A stretch of 62,999 bases of DNA, filler included, from Octopus bimaculoides (Eukaryota): NCBI RefSeq assembly GCF_001194135.2. It is 7 parts of 6 records of this genome, joined end to end, with 100 filler letters (N's around TTAATTAATTAA, not from the genome) between each part and the next. Parts side by side here need not be neighbours in the genome. Positions count along the whole stretch, not along the records: positions 49,624 to 62,999 come from NC_068986.1; 6 more parts are not named here. The stretch is one strand, 5' to 3'. Below are positions 51,068-62,999 of the stretch, piece by piece (positions within the stretch are counted from its first letter, which is position 1; every line of letters starts with the position of its first letter). The notes beneath the pieces are model-generated. The model was given only the letters and a program-made list of their open reading frames with translations, made no database searches and was not told where the DNA came from. The position numbers and the translations under genes are program-made.

Positions 51068-54000
51068 ATGTAAACGTTAAACAAATCGTCTCCGCGTTTT
51101 AAACTTAGAATAGGTTAACTATAAAATAAAGGATTTCTTGCGTCTATAGGGTTCTTAACAGCAGATTTAATGGTTTGTAGAACGCTGTTAGTGAGGGTTA
51201 AGGCTTTGAGAAGATTTAACCTAGGTATTTCTATGTCTACAAATGCATACATAGATATGCTTATGTCATAGACCTGCTCTGTGTTTTTTTTATTACTATT
51301 TCTATGCTCGTCGGTGCGATGTTCTGTTTCACATAGCCGATCAGTGATATGGTGTTGGAGCGAAAAAAAATCCCTAGCAGTGAGGTCTTCTTAGAGGCAT
51401 AAACCCATCTCACTGGTCTTTCTAGGTAGTAGGCCTGATCTATATATCATAAAGCCTGGTATATAAACCGGAACATCTGTATTTCTAGTATGAGATATAA
51501 CCCTGTTAATGCAACTACGATAGTATGTTGTATGTTGAACACACACATGTACACAAACTTACACACGCACACACACACACACACACACTCACACACGTGC
51601 TCGTACATACACACACGTACATATGTACACATACTCGGAAACTTTGTGTCACTGAAATCAGCTGTCAGCAGTTGACCATGTTCCTTATTTCAATTTAACA
51701 ATTTAAAACCCTTAAGGATTATACATAGCCGGTCCCACGAGATCAATTTCAAGCGAGACTATATATGAAATTACCAAATGTTTACTTGAGATGCTAAATA
51801 AACTAAACTCTTTTCTGTAATTCCTCCCCCAACAACGTTTTTTAATGTTTGGATTACGTGAGTGAAATATCCGAAAGGTTCCAGAATTCTCAACCATAAT
51901 CTAACAGAAATTCTTAAACTTTGAGGAAAACACAACTGAGAAAATAATAATAATAATAAAATGAATAAAACAGTTAACCAAACATTGATGTAAATGTATA
52001 AAAACTAAACAGGAAATATTGAAGCAGCACGGGGCATTTTAAATACAGAAACATTCACCAATTCTTCATGGTAAAATTTGATTCATTATTATTGTTAACT
52101 GTTGTGCAATTACTAAATATTGTCTTGTCCAAGTTTTCGTTTGACCAGACTAAAGCGTCTCTTCTTTCGCTTGTTACGAAAAGGTACACTTTTTACTAGT
52201 CAAGTAGTTCATTTGCTACCAGCCCGTTTACACCGTGACTCGGTATACCGTGGCTGTTAATGCACAGGCAAGCACTGAGGCTGCGGTATTTACAGAAATA
52301 CCTTTATGGCGATTGGTTGTGGTTTCTGCATGTAGGTCACTTCTTTTTGCAGCTTGCCTCTTTATCAAAGTTGCAGTTTTGGGTCAAGGAGAAGTCAAGA
52401 CCAAGCCTCTGACATGCGGAATGTGATCAAGTACTTACTGTTTCAGACAGTGTAGTCGATGGAAGCTGAACATTAGCAATTTTTAGAAACAGGCGGAAGC
52501 GCTGACGTTCTCGGGGAAACTCTGAGCGTCGATGGGAATGATTTGTTCGATCTTTTTCCGGAGATCTATCGGACCAGAAAGTGTAGATAACATATGGAAA
52601 TTCTTGACGTAGAAATGGTGTCGAGGGGCACTACTGAACAATTCAGTGAGTGCCCCTCAATTGTAGAACTGGAGAAGCAAATCCAAACCGACCAGCTGTG
52701 TGATGTTGGGCCGATGGTCACGTTAAGCTACCGAGGTTTGGTTCGAACCAGACCTTCAGGCTGACAGAAACTAAGATAACTTTACAATCAGGGTAACCAG
52801 TACCACCCACAAAAGAGCTAACAGGAAGCTATCATCGAAAGTTCGGGCAGAGTTGGCGAACATATACACCTTATTTATTATCGCATGACAGTTGTGCCCT
52901 GCTTTCACCTGACCACATTAAAGCGTATATCCTCTTGCCTCTCGTAGAAGGGATGCGTTCCACTTGTCCATCTCCTGCTATCACTTCTGCGTGAAGGCAT
53001 AGGGTGTCACGAATTATGACGATACCCATGAACGCACTGAGGTATACACCCTCCAGGTTCCTGAAAGTGAGTGAGTATGGTTGCTTTTGTTCGGTATATA
53101 TGTCAACAACTCGTCTCTTTGACGGAGTTGCTCCTGACTTTAGTGGATAAAATTAGGCGCTAGTCACCTGGGACGTTGTCAGTCGTTCAGTATTCCCTTC
53201 TTGTCGGGAATACAATCAATGGTGCCAGAAAATCTTTTTGAATAGTCCATTCCGGAGAGTTTCTGCAATTATGAGAAACTTCTGGTTTGATATCAACTCT
53301 GCAAATATAGTTGCCGTGAATCGGATCTGTCCGTGTTGTTACAGAGCGATGAAACTGTAGTGCCCGTACATGTTCCGTGTACGAGCCACACGGGACACCA
53401 GCTGCTATACGTTACAGCAGCTACTATACGTTACGAGCTACACGGGACAGCAGCTGCTATATGTATGAGCTGGATCCAGCTATCAACCGAGTCTGTTTTG
53501 AAGATCCTGTCTTTTTTTAGCAAGAAAGGATAGGCATTTTCATGTCTGGTGGCTGTGGTGAAACTGATTACTTGGTGAATAAGAACAAAAGGGCTGAGAA
53601 GAGACACATTACTCATCTGTCAAGCTCTTGTCAATTTTTTGAGGAAGATTTGAAGGTGGTATACTCTTAATTTGCTGAGAGGTGGGTGAGAAAGGCGAGA
53701 TAGGCGAGACTGGCCCAAATGAATGGATCTATTCTTGGCATGAGCCTGTTGACCAGTTAGAGCAATCTACAGATTTCCCTAATTGATTTCGTGTGACTGT
53801 TTTCCTATTGGGACACCACGTTTAATTATCTTAATTTAATTATCTTTTACACTATTTGTGTTATATGCCTGTTCTCTTATACTCGATTCTGCATAAACTT
53901 CACCATTTTGTGACTTACCTTTGTAATGTTCCTTCATCTGTAAACCTAATAATAATAATTATATTAATTATTATCATTATCAGACAAAAGGCGATAGATT

Positions 54001-55339
54001 GGCAGAATCGTTACGGCGTCGGACATAAATAACCTTGGGGTATTTCTTCCGGCCCTTTACGTTTTGAGTTCAAATTCCGCTGAGTTCCGCTCTTGGTTCG
54101 ATAAAATAAAGTACGAGTCAAAAACTAGGGTCAATGCAACCGACTAGCCACTCTCCTCTAAATATCATGTTTTGTGCCTACATTACAAACAATTATTATA
54201 ATCATATGCCACCGTGTTAAGACGTGAGTTACAATCACTCCCATTGGATGTGTTTACTGTTGTGTTATTTTTCTTAACGTGTGTTTACATCTGGCCTGTT
54301 TATCTTATGATTGTTTTCTGTTTATCTTATTCCAAGGAAGAGAAGAAACACAATTGTTATCTCTCTTCCACATTTAGAGCAAGAAACCTGGTATTTATTA
54401 TTTCTTTCTGCCGTCACAGCAGAATTTCTCAATACGTTTACGGTGATGACAGTGGGAAATGTTTTCCGAAATACTGAGGAACCACATACAAGCAGGGGCT
54501 TTCTTGCGATAATTGACACCTTTCACACATACATTCCAACAGGGGAAAAAGTAAGAAAGAAAGAAAAAAATAACTGATTTTATCCTTACTAAGCACAAAC
54601 TAAACTGAAAGAAATGCCTGGAAAGTTATTACGAGGAATTTGGAACGATTCCACAGATGCAGTATTTGGAAATGGAGTGGCTCTAAAATCATACTTTTCT
54701 TTGTTAAACCATGTAAGTGAATTTGGGAGATAGAAACTGTGAGGAAACTCGTCGAGTACACACACACACACACACACAGAGATTAATGTTTGTTTTTGCG
54801 TCAAGTTATAATAAAAACAATTTTACATTAATCTAATGGGTTATACTATATATCTATTATTCTTATACAAGACTGTTGTTGATATTAACTTGGAAGTTTC
54901 GTCCAGCTAAGCCATCGTCCTACGATAGCTTAGCTGGCCGAAACTTCGAATTCACTATCAAGAACATTCTTGTATANNNNNNNNNNNNNNNNNNNNNNNN
55001 NNNNNNNNNNNNNNNNNNNNNNNNNNNNNNNNNNNNNNNNNNNNNNNNNNNNNNNNNNNNNNNNNNNNNNNNNNNNNNNNNNNNNNNNNNNNNNNNNNNN
55101 NNNNNNNNNNNNNNNNNNNNNNNNNNNNNNNNNTATATATATATATATATTATTATTATTATTATTATTATAATCATATGCCACCGTGTTAAGACATGAG
55201 TTACAATCACTCCCATTCGCTGTGTTTACTGTTCTGTTATTTTTCTTAACGCCTGTTTACATCTGGCCTGTTTATCTTATCATTCGCCATGATACACCGC
55301 TAGCCATTACACATTCTTTTTTTCTATCCTTGTTTCTTT

Positions 55340-55645
55340 CTGTGTTCCCTTCAGGATAGAGTAGATCAGCATAGGTGTTCTCGTTTTCACTGATCTTCAG
55401 TTTTATGTTAACATCTGCTAGACAGCTAATTTCCACAACTGTGCACTGTTTCTCTTCTCTATCCCAAATCATTATATCAGGTCTGTTGTGCTTACATTTT
55501 ATTGAGGTCTTCACTGGTACATTCCATCAGTATTCCTTTTCATTGTGAGTGGCTATGGCTTCTACCATATTGTGGGTCTGTATTTCTTTGTCCTCGGGAT
55601 TATCATTCCGACGGGTTTCATTATAGAATATCCTAGCTACAATCT
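55340..55645 (-). mobile_element. Second fragment of the R4-clade LINE family seen at 30130-31562
   Basis: MKTSIKCKHNRPDIMIWDREEKQCTVVEISCLADVNIKLKISENENTY is near-identical to 30196-30564. Confidence 0.88.
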
Positions 55646-56636
55646 ATGTATATATGTATTCTTTCAGTTTTTTATTCTTGTTTCCATCACTTGACTGCAG
55701 CCATGGTGGAGCCCCGCCTTAAAGGGTTTTTTAGTCGAAGAAGTCGACCCCAGGACTTATTCTTTTGTAAGAACTTATTCTATAGGTCTATACTTATTCT
55801 ATAGAATAAGTACTTATTCTATAGGTACTTATTCTATAGGCAAACCGCTAAGTTATGGGGACGTAAACAGGCTAACATCGGTTGTCAAGCGATGGTGATG
55901 AGGGACAAACAGAGACACAAGGGCACACACATAAATACACACACACATTTACATATATACGACGGGCTTCTTTCAGCTTCTGTCTACTAAATCCACTCAC
56001 AATGTTTTGATCGGCTCGAAGCTAAAGTAGAAGACATTTGCCCAAGGTACCACGTAGTGGGACTGCACCCGGAACCATGTGGCTAGGAAGCAAGCTTCTT
56101 ATTTCCTTATTGCCCACAAGGAGCTAAACACAGAGGGGACAAACAAGGACAGACAAACGGATTAAGTCGATTACATCGACCCCGGTGTGTAACTGGTACT
56201 TAATTTATCGACCCCGAAAGGATGAAAGGTAAAGTCGACCTCGGCGGAATTTGAACTCAGAACGTAAAGACAGACGAAATACCGCTAAGCATTTCGCCCG
56301 GCATGGTAACGTTTCTGCCAAGCTTCTTGCCACACAACCATGCCATTTCCTTTTTATTTTTGTTTTGTGTTCTAGTCCTCTGGTGTTCACCTTTAGATAT
56401 CATCCTCCCAAGGGTCATGAGATAATACCACTTACGTAATTAGATATCGATATTAATCGTCGACAGTCTACTCTCGCCAACACCAAATTTGTGACCTTGT
56501 GGTTTCGTCAGGAATCATTAACATCAGCGTCATCCTCGTCGTTGTCGCCGCTGTCATCTTCGTCGTCGTCGTCGTCGTCGTCGTCCTCCTCCTCCTCCTC
56601 CTCCTCCTCCTCCTCATCATCATCATAATGGTGATG

Positions 56637-56685
<49 letters not shown>

Positions 56686-56692
56686 TGGTAGA

Positions 56693-57247
56693 CCCTGATG
56701 CAGTACCAGGCACTGGCTCTCATGGTTTCTGATCTTAACTGATTGGAAGTGTTATCACGTACATGTTTTGTCTTGGTGTAAAAAGTGGGCTACGACTAAT
56801 AATCAGCTCAATACCACAGATTTGCTTGTCAGTTGCTTGACCTTAATCAGCTGAGCATGTCCCTTAGTGGCTGACAATATGTGCATCTCTGATCATGAGC
56901 AGAAGTAGTGGGGGAGCATCATAGCCATGTGTTGAAAGGAATTCTTTGGAGTTTGGATAATTCACCTCTGGAAACATGGGTATTTCGTTCAACATCCTTA
57001 AGCGACCCTTATTCAGGGACCTTTTGAGCGGGATGGGCTACTCGACCTGAAGAAGATTCTAATTGGGCCCCCACCTACAAGGTCATGCGCTGTTTATTTT
57101 GATACAAGATCACCATGTCGCGCACATATGGTTGTGATGCATGTACCTAGTGTATCCTTATCAGACGGGTAGTCATGATGGGTATACTGGGCTTCGTATA
57201 TTTGTACCCCAGTGTCACTTTGATGGCAAACGTTGCTCTCTCACTCA
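56693..57247 (+). mobile_element. Non-coding retroelement 3' portion embedded in (TAA)n (Dong-like 3' UTR or non-autonomous derivative)
   Basis: 555-bp non-simple sequence with (TAA)n arrays immediately on both sides. Assignment to Dong is inferred from that target. Confidence 0.45.
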
Positions 57248-57333
<86 letters not shown>

Positions 57334-57429
57334 NNNNNNNNNNNNNNNNNNNNNNNNNNNNNNNNNNNNNNNNNNNNNNNNNNNNNNNNNNNNNNNNNNN
57401 NNNNNNNNNNNNNNNNNNNNNNNNNNNNN

Positions 57430-57535
<106 letters not shown>

Positions 57536-59166
57536 GGCGGCGAGTTGGCAGAATCGTTAGCACGGCGGCCAAATTGCTAAGTGGCATTTCGTCTGGTTTT
57601 ATGTTCTCTACTGAAATTGCGTCGAGATCAACTTTGCCTTTCATCTTTCGGGGTTGATAAAAAATGTACCAGTTGAGCACTGGGGGCGATGTAATTGACT
57701 TACCCCTACTGCGAAATTGCTGGCTTTGTGCTAAAATTTAAAAGCATTATTACTATTGTCGTTGTTTTGCTGTTGACAGGGCGGCGAGCTGGCAGAATCT
57801 TTTGTGTATTGGGAAAAGAAAAAAAAAATACTTTGTGGCATCTCCTATGACACCTTACATCCTAAGTTCAAACACAGCAGTGCTCAAATTTGCCTTTCAT
57901 CGTTTCGTGATCGGTGAAATACGTGGCAGTTGAGCGCTGGGGGTCGATGTAATGGACTAGAAAGAATTATTATGATCTGATTTTAGATGCTTTAGATACT
58001 GGTGAGGCCATTTTTGCTTTCTTCCTTCCAGAGTCAATAAATAAAGTATCAATCAAGTAGAGGATGTCGATTATATTCCTCGAAATGTGTGGAATGCTGC
58101 CAGTGTTAGGAATAAATAATATCTGAGCACTGAATAGCAAAAACAATAAGGTTGAGAAAATCTTCTTTGCGATCCTCTGTTACATGCACCGAAGACGTTG
58201 AAATATTCTTTTCTACTCTAGGTACAAGGCCCGAAATTTTTGGGGAGGGAGCTAGTCGATTAGATCGACCACAGTAGGCAACTGGTACTTAATTTATCGA
58301 CCTCAGTACGCAACTGGTACTTAATTTATCGACCTCAGTACACAACTGGTACTTAATTTATCGACCCCGAAGGGATGAAAGCAAACTCGACCTCGGCGGA
58401 ATTTGAACTGAGAACGTAAAGACGAAATACCCCTAAGCATTTCGCCCGGTGTGCTAACGTTTCTGCCCCTCACTGCCTTGAAGACGTTAAAATACTCTTT
58501 TCTACTGTAGGCACAAGGCCCGAAATTTTGGGGGAGGGTCCAGTCGATTAGATTGACCCCATTACGCAACTGGTGCTTAATTTATCGACCCCGAAAGGCT
58601 GAAAGGAAAAGTCGATTTCGGTGGAATTTGAACTGAGGACGTAAAGACGAAATACCCCTAAGCATTTCGCCCGGTGTGCTAACGTTTCTGCCAGCTCGTC
58701 GCCTTGAAGACGTTAAAATATTGTCGCTATCAAGTAAGTATATGATCGCTTCTGATTGATCTTGACTCTGTATCATACCCGAAAATTAGTGGCATTGTAT
58801 TTATTCTAGAAAACGTGGAAATAAAAAGAATATTAGCAATATTATAGCGAATGTAGGCCGGGTACACAAGCACGCGAGAACACGATAGCTTTCAGCATCT
58901 ATGAGAATGATAAGGTTTTCTTCATATCATTTTGTCATGTTAAGGGCTTTGCAACGCTGCATTTAAAGAGCACAACTAATTGTTGCAAATTCCATATCAG
59001 TCGCAAAGAAGACGAAAACTAGGAGTGTGGGAACTTAATATGAAATGCATCATGCATATCAGACTCGTTCGTAATTATTTCTCCGCCATTCCCACGATTC
59101 TGCAATCAATCGCTCTCTGTAAAAATGCTTTATATCATCGGCATATGGTCACCCCCACCCCCCATG

Positions 59167-59545
59167 TGGAGGCGCAATGGCCCAGTGGTTAGGGCAGCGG
59201 ACTCGCGGTCGTAGGATCGCAGTTTCGATTCCCAGACCGAGCATTGTGAGTGTTTATTGAGCGAAAACACCTAAAGCTCCACGAGGCTCCGGCAGGGGAT
59301 GGTGGCGAACCCTGCTGTACTCTTTCACCACAACTTTTTCTCACTCTTACTTCCTGTTTCTGTTGTGTCTGTGATTCAAAGGGTTAGTCTTGTCACACTG
59401 TGTCACACTGACTATCCCCGAGAACTACGTTAAGGGTACACGTGTCTGTGGAGTGCTCAGCCACTTGAACGTTAATTTCACGAGCAGGCTGTTCCGTTGA
59501 TCGGAACAACTGGAACCCTCGACGTCGTAAGCGACAGAGTGCCAA
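59167..59545 (+). mobile_element. tRNA-derived SINE family C (also at 18991-19285 (+) and about 40650-40970 (-))
   Basis: GGAGGCGCAATGGCCCAGTGGTTAGGGCAGCGGACTCGCGG...TTTCGATTCCC head with A/B boxes; near-identical head at 18991. Confidence 0.85.
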
Positions 59546-60125
59546 CAAAAACAATAGTCACCCCCATTAAAAAAACAAAACGAAACAAAGCAAAAACACA
59601 GGCATGATCTACTAATTATATACAAATCATATTTTATACACCTCCCGACCCATTCTGTCAACCTATCAGATAATAATTCTTTCTAATTTTGGCACACTGC
59701 CAGCAATTGTAAGGGAGAGATTCGTGGATTACAACGGCTCCAGTATTTCATTAGTATTTTATTTTATAGAATTTGAAAGGTTGAAAGGCAAAGTTCACCT
59801 CGGTGAAATGTGAACTGAGAGCGTAAACAGCCGGAAGAAATGCTGCTATGCATTTTGTCCGATGCGCTAACGATTCTGCCCGTTCGCCGTCTTCCTAATA
59901 TCTTGTCTTTTCTATTATATTCGCATGACCTGAAATTTTTGTACGTGGGAGCTAGTCGATTAAGTCGACCCCAGTATTTAGCTGGTACTTATTTCATTGA
60001 CCTCGAAAGGCTGAACGGCAAAGTCGACTACGGCGGAGTTTGAACCCAGAACATTAAGACGGACAAAATGTCACCAAGCATTTTGCCCGGTGTGTAAAAA
60101 CGATTCTGCCATCATACCGCCTTCC

Positions 60126-60170
<45 letters not shown>

Positions 60171-61399
60171 CTTCTACTATAGGCACTAGGCCTGAAATTT
60201 TGCAGGGAGGAGACTAGTCGATTACATCGACTCCAGTGTTTCGCTGGTACTTAATATATCGACCTCGAAAGAATAAAAGACAAAGTCGACCCCGGTGGAA
60301 TTTGAACTCAGAACGTAGCGATGGGCGAAATGCCGTTAAGTATTTTGCCCGGCGTGCTAACGATGCATACACGCAGATATATGGGCATATACTTTTACAT
60401 ATACACCCCCACGTCTACCACCCCTTTCTACTTTCCCCCCAACCACACGACCATTTCTTGTCCACCACGCGGTATTTTCCAACTAACTGTTGTCGCTGAC
60501 ACACCGATATCAACCGCTATACCCTGTGACCTTTCTCGACCAATCGCAGGCTAACGTCCAGTAATAAACATTGACTCTGTTCAATCGAACTCTCATTCAA
60601 ACCCTAATGGCCGAAGACTAGCTTGAAACTCGGAGTACCAAGAAATCTGAACCAAACTGTTTTGATATATATTATAGATCCACACTAAAACGATAGTAAT
60701 ACCAGGGTGGATGTCCCCGTTATCATATATTGTGAACCCACATCCTATCTTTTTCAGTTTTGTACAAAATGTCTGTTCTTGAAGTTTTTTAACGTTATTC
60801 ACTCCAGTAAGAACTTCTTTCTTTTTCTAGAAGAGAAACATGGCGAGAAGTTTGGTTCGTTATGCAGGGTGTTCGGGCTAAATTTTACAATTTTTTTATG
60901 TCTCCTTTTTTTCAGGAACAGCTTGATGTATTGTTGAACAGCCAATGGCATTGGAGAGCATAAAGATTAAAGACGTAATTGGAAAAAAAGGTAGCTCACA
61001 TGGTTAGTTGCCAGCCGTCTGAATATTGGAAAATAGTTACCTGTATCATGGTGATTCGCGCCGGGAGTCAAAATGCCGATATCCTGACTTCTGCTCAGTG
61101 CTCTGTGGACATTGTAAAGGCTATAAGAAGTGACACGGACAGTTGCAACGAAGACTACGAAGCCGTGACCAACAGGAAGGGACACAGCAAGCTTTCTGAC
61201 TACGTTCACATGTCGGGGTTTATTCAACAAGGTGATGGAAGTTCTGAGCAAGGGAATCTGGGCTTTGGCGAGAGAGATGGGTGTTAGAGTCGCTACCATG
61301 AAGTTAGCTCTATATGAGGACTTTGTTATCGCTCGTACAAGTGGTACAAGGGTAAAATTCTGACAGTCAAGGCCAAGGAGGACGCTTCACAAAGGCCAA

Positions 61400-61860
61400 G
61401 AAGTTTGTGAACAAACTAGGGCATCCTGTTAAGCTAAGAATGATCTGGTTCTTCTCAGACGAAAAGAACTTTTGCCAGGACACACAACAGCTGGTTTGCC
61501 AACAATCCATGTGGTATCCCGCGTATTATGAAAGCCAAGTTCATCCAAACAGTGATGGCATTTGGGTGCATATTCGGCTCCTTGCCATACCTCAGAGAAT
61601 CTCTACGACTTCACCAGTTCCAATTTCTAGCCTCCAAATTCCCCCAATTATAATCCAGTGGATTACTATATGTGGGATGCGGTTGAGAAAGTCATCGACC
61701 GCTCTACCTGCAACACCAAGACCCGAGCTGGTGGCCAAGATCAAGCTGACATTCGAAGATCCTGCAAGGGACAGTGAGGAATGCATGCACCAGGTTCCAG
61801 AGCCATCTTGAGGACTTGGTGGAAGCTGAGTCAACTTATCTCCCAGCCATAATCTAGTTG
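61400..61860 (+). mobile_element. Tc1/mariner superfamily (DDxD, maT-like) transposase fragment
   Basis: WFFSDEKNFCQD...KFIQTVMAFG...PPNSPNYNPVDYYMWDAVEK...ELVAKIK...ACTRFQSHLE; frameshifted and internally deleted. Confidence 0.8.
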
Positions 61861-62999
61861 ATATTTCTTTGAGTTTTAGAATACATTAATTTTTAGATGT
61901 GATAGTGTGTTTTTTTTTCTTTTATGCAAAAAGTCGAATTTAGCCCCCAAACACACTGTAAATGTATTTGAAGACTCGTATCTGCTTTAGAAACCATTAT
62001 TATTTTAGAATCGATAAAAAGTGTGGCAATCAAGTACCAGGTTTTCCTGGCGAGCTCGGAGCTTGTATCTATCGTTGTCTGCACGAGATTGCGATAATGC
62101 TTACATAAAAAGTCAAAGTGAAGACTGAATTCTTTGTTACGTAATATAGCTATGTAATGGTGGTTGAGTGAACTATGAATTATCTGAGAAATAATTGTAA
62201 TATTTCGATGTTTTTCACTTGCGGTACACTTATATTCTTTTCAAAATTCGGCAGTACATCTGAACTAGAAATATAATTAAAAATATAGGGAAAAAATTAT
62301 ATTCAGGTTACACTGCAGCACACCTAGCGCCGTCTCGTGGTATACCAGTGTGCTGCGGCATACCCGTTACGGAGCACCGATTTATACTAGTAAAGCAGTT
62401 AACTTACGATAACGTGAACGTGAATATCTGTTCGCTATTCTTTTTCGTTAGCAGAAAACACGTATATTTAAACTATATGTATCCGACAGTTCCCTTATGT
62501 TTTGTTTCGCTTCTTATGGTTGCCATGAAAAACTTGTATAAATAACATACCTACATACTTGCGTTAAGTTGCGTGGCCTAGTGATTAGTGTATCACGATC
62601 ATTAGATCATGCGTTCGATTCCCGAACAGGGTGGTGCGTTGTTTTCTTGAATAAAACACATCATTTCACGTCGTTCCAGTTCACTTAGCTATAAATGGGT
62701 AACCCTGTGACAGAATAGCTTTCCGATCAGTGGGAATGTTGGCCTGTTCGAACAGCGAGCTGAATGACATCGTTAGAAAGCTTAAACGACCAAAGAGGGC
62801 ATTGTGACCAGCAATGTATAACAACGTCCAATACTCTGGTCGATACCCGGCATGGTCACATGCTTCCGGTCAATAATCCTTTTCTTCCTTGGCTATCGCC
62901 GAGTAAACACGCGAACTCACTTCGTCCCTACTTTCAAGTTCGTGCCTCACAGCGTTCATACACACATAATTTTTTTCGTCTGGCCGTAAAACCTTTTCT

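Noticed and set aside
54196-55280. About 110-bp direct repeat (54196-54308 / 55169-55280) as an LTR pair
   Set aside because: No TG...CA ends, PBS, PPT or internal coding. A gap lies between the copies, so a local or allelic duplication is more likely.
58262-58365. Regularly spaced 32-bp repeats resembling a CRISPR array (also the 33-bp units at 20059-20157)
   Set aside because: The units are directly adjacent with no unique spacers, lie inside a SINE or transposase, and no cas genes are present.
59167-59240. tRNA-like sequences (also at 18991, 44905 and 62570)
   Set aside because: They have A/B boxes but no complete cloverleaf or acceptor stem and continue into SINE bodies, so they are SINE heads rather than tRNA genes.
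60940-61300. Overlapping 102-aa and 110-aa ORFs on opposite strands
   Set aside because: Only isolated LINE-like words (YEAVT, ITLLN); most likely decayed retroelement sequence, not assignable.

Overview
AT-rich, microsatellite-dense eukaryotic genomic DNA. The SINE/LINE repertoire resembles that of Octopus (inferred from recognised repeat families, not from a search). The window is not one continuous locus: six identical artificial spacers (44 N + TTAATTAATTAA + 44 N) join seven separate pieces of about 5-13 kb, so gene order across the spacers cannot be trusted. Host coding sequence is limited to three things: three phase-consistent exons of a minus-strand GRHPR/glyoxylate-reductase-like D-2-hydroxyacid dehydrogenase (11885-18276), one plus-strand RING-finger (TRIM-type) first coding exon (about 8968-9197), and one Ser/Thr-rich exon of unknown identity (26257-27154) broken by a false duplication at a gap. 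The rest is transposon debris and simple repeats: Tc1/mariner, piggyBac, hAT MITE, Gypsy, Penelope-like, R4/Dong-type, Tx1, CR1 and RTE fragments, plus at least three tRNA-derived SINE families. There is no CRISPR array, rRNA, intact tRNA or prokaryotic system. The most notable leads are a dispersed repeat with a minimal hammerhead-ribozyme-like core variant, an R4-type LINE apparently inserted in (TACA)n, and a Gypsy fragment bracketed by long inverted repeats inside the dehydrogenase intron.
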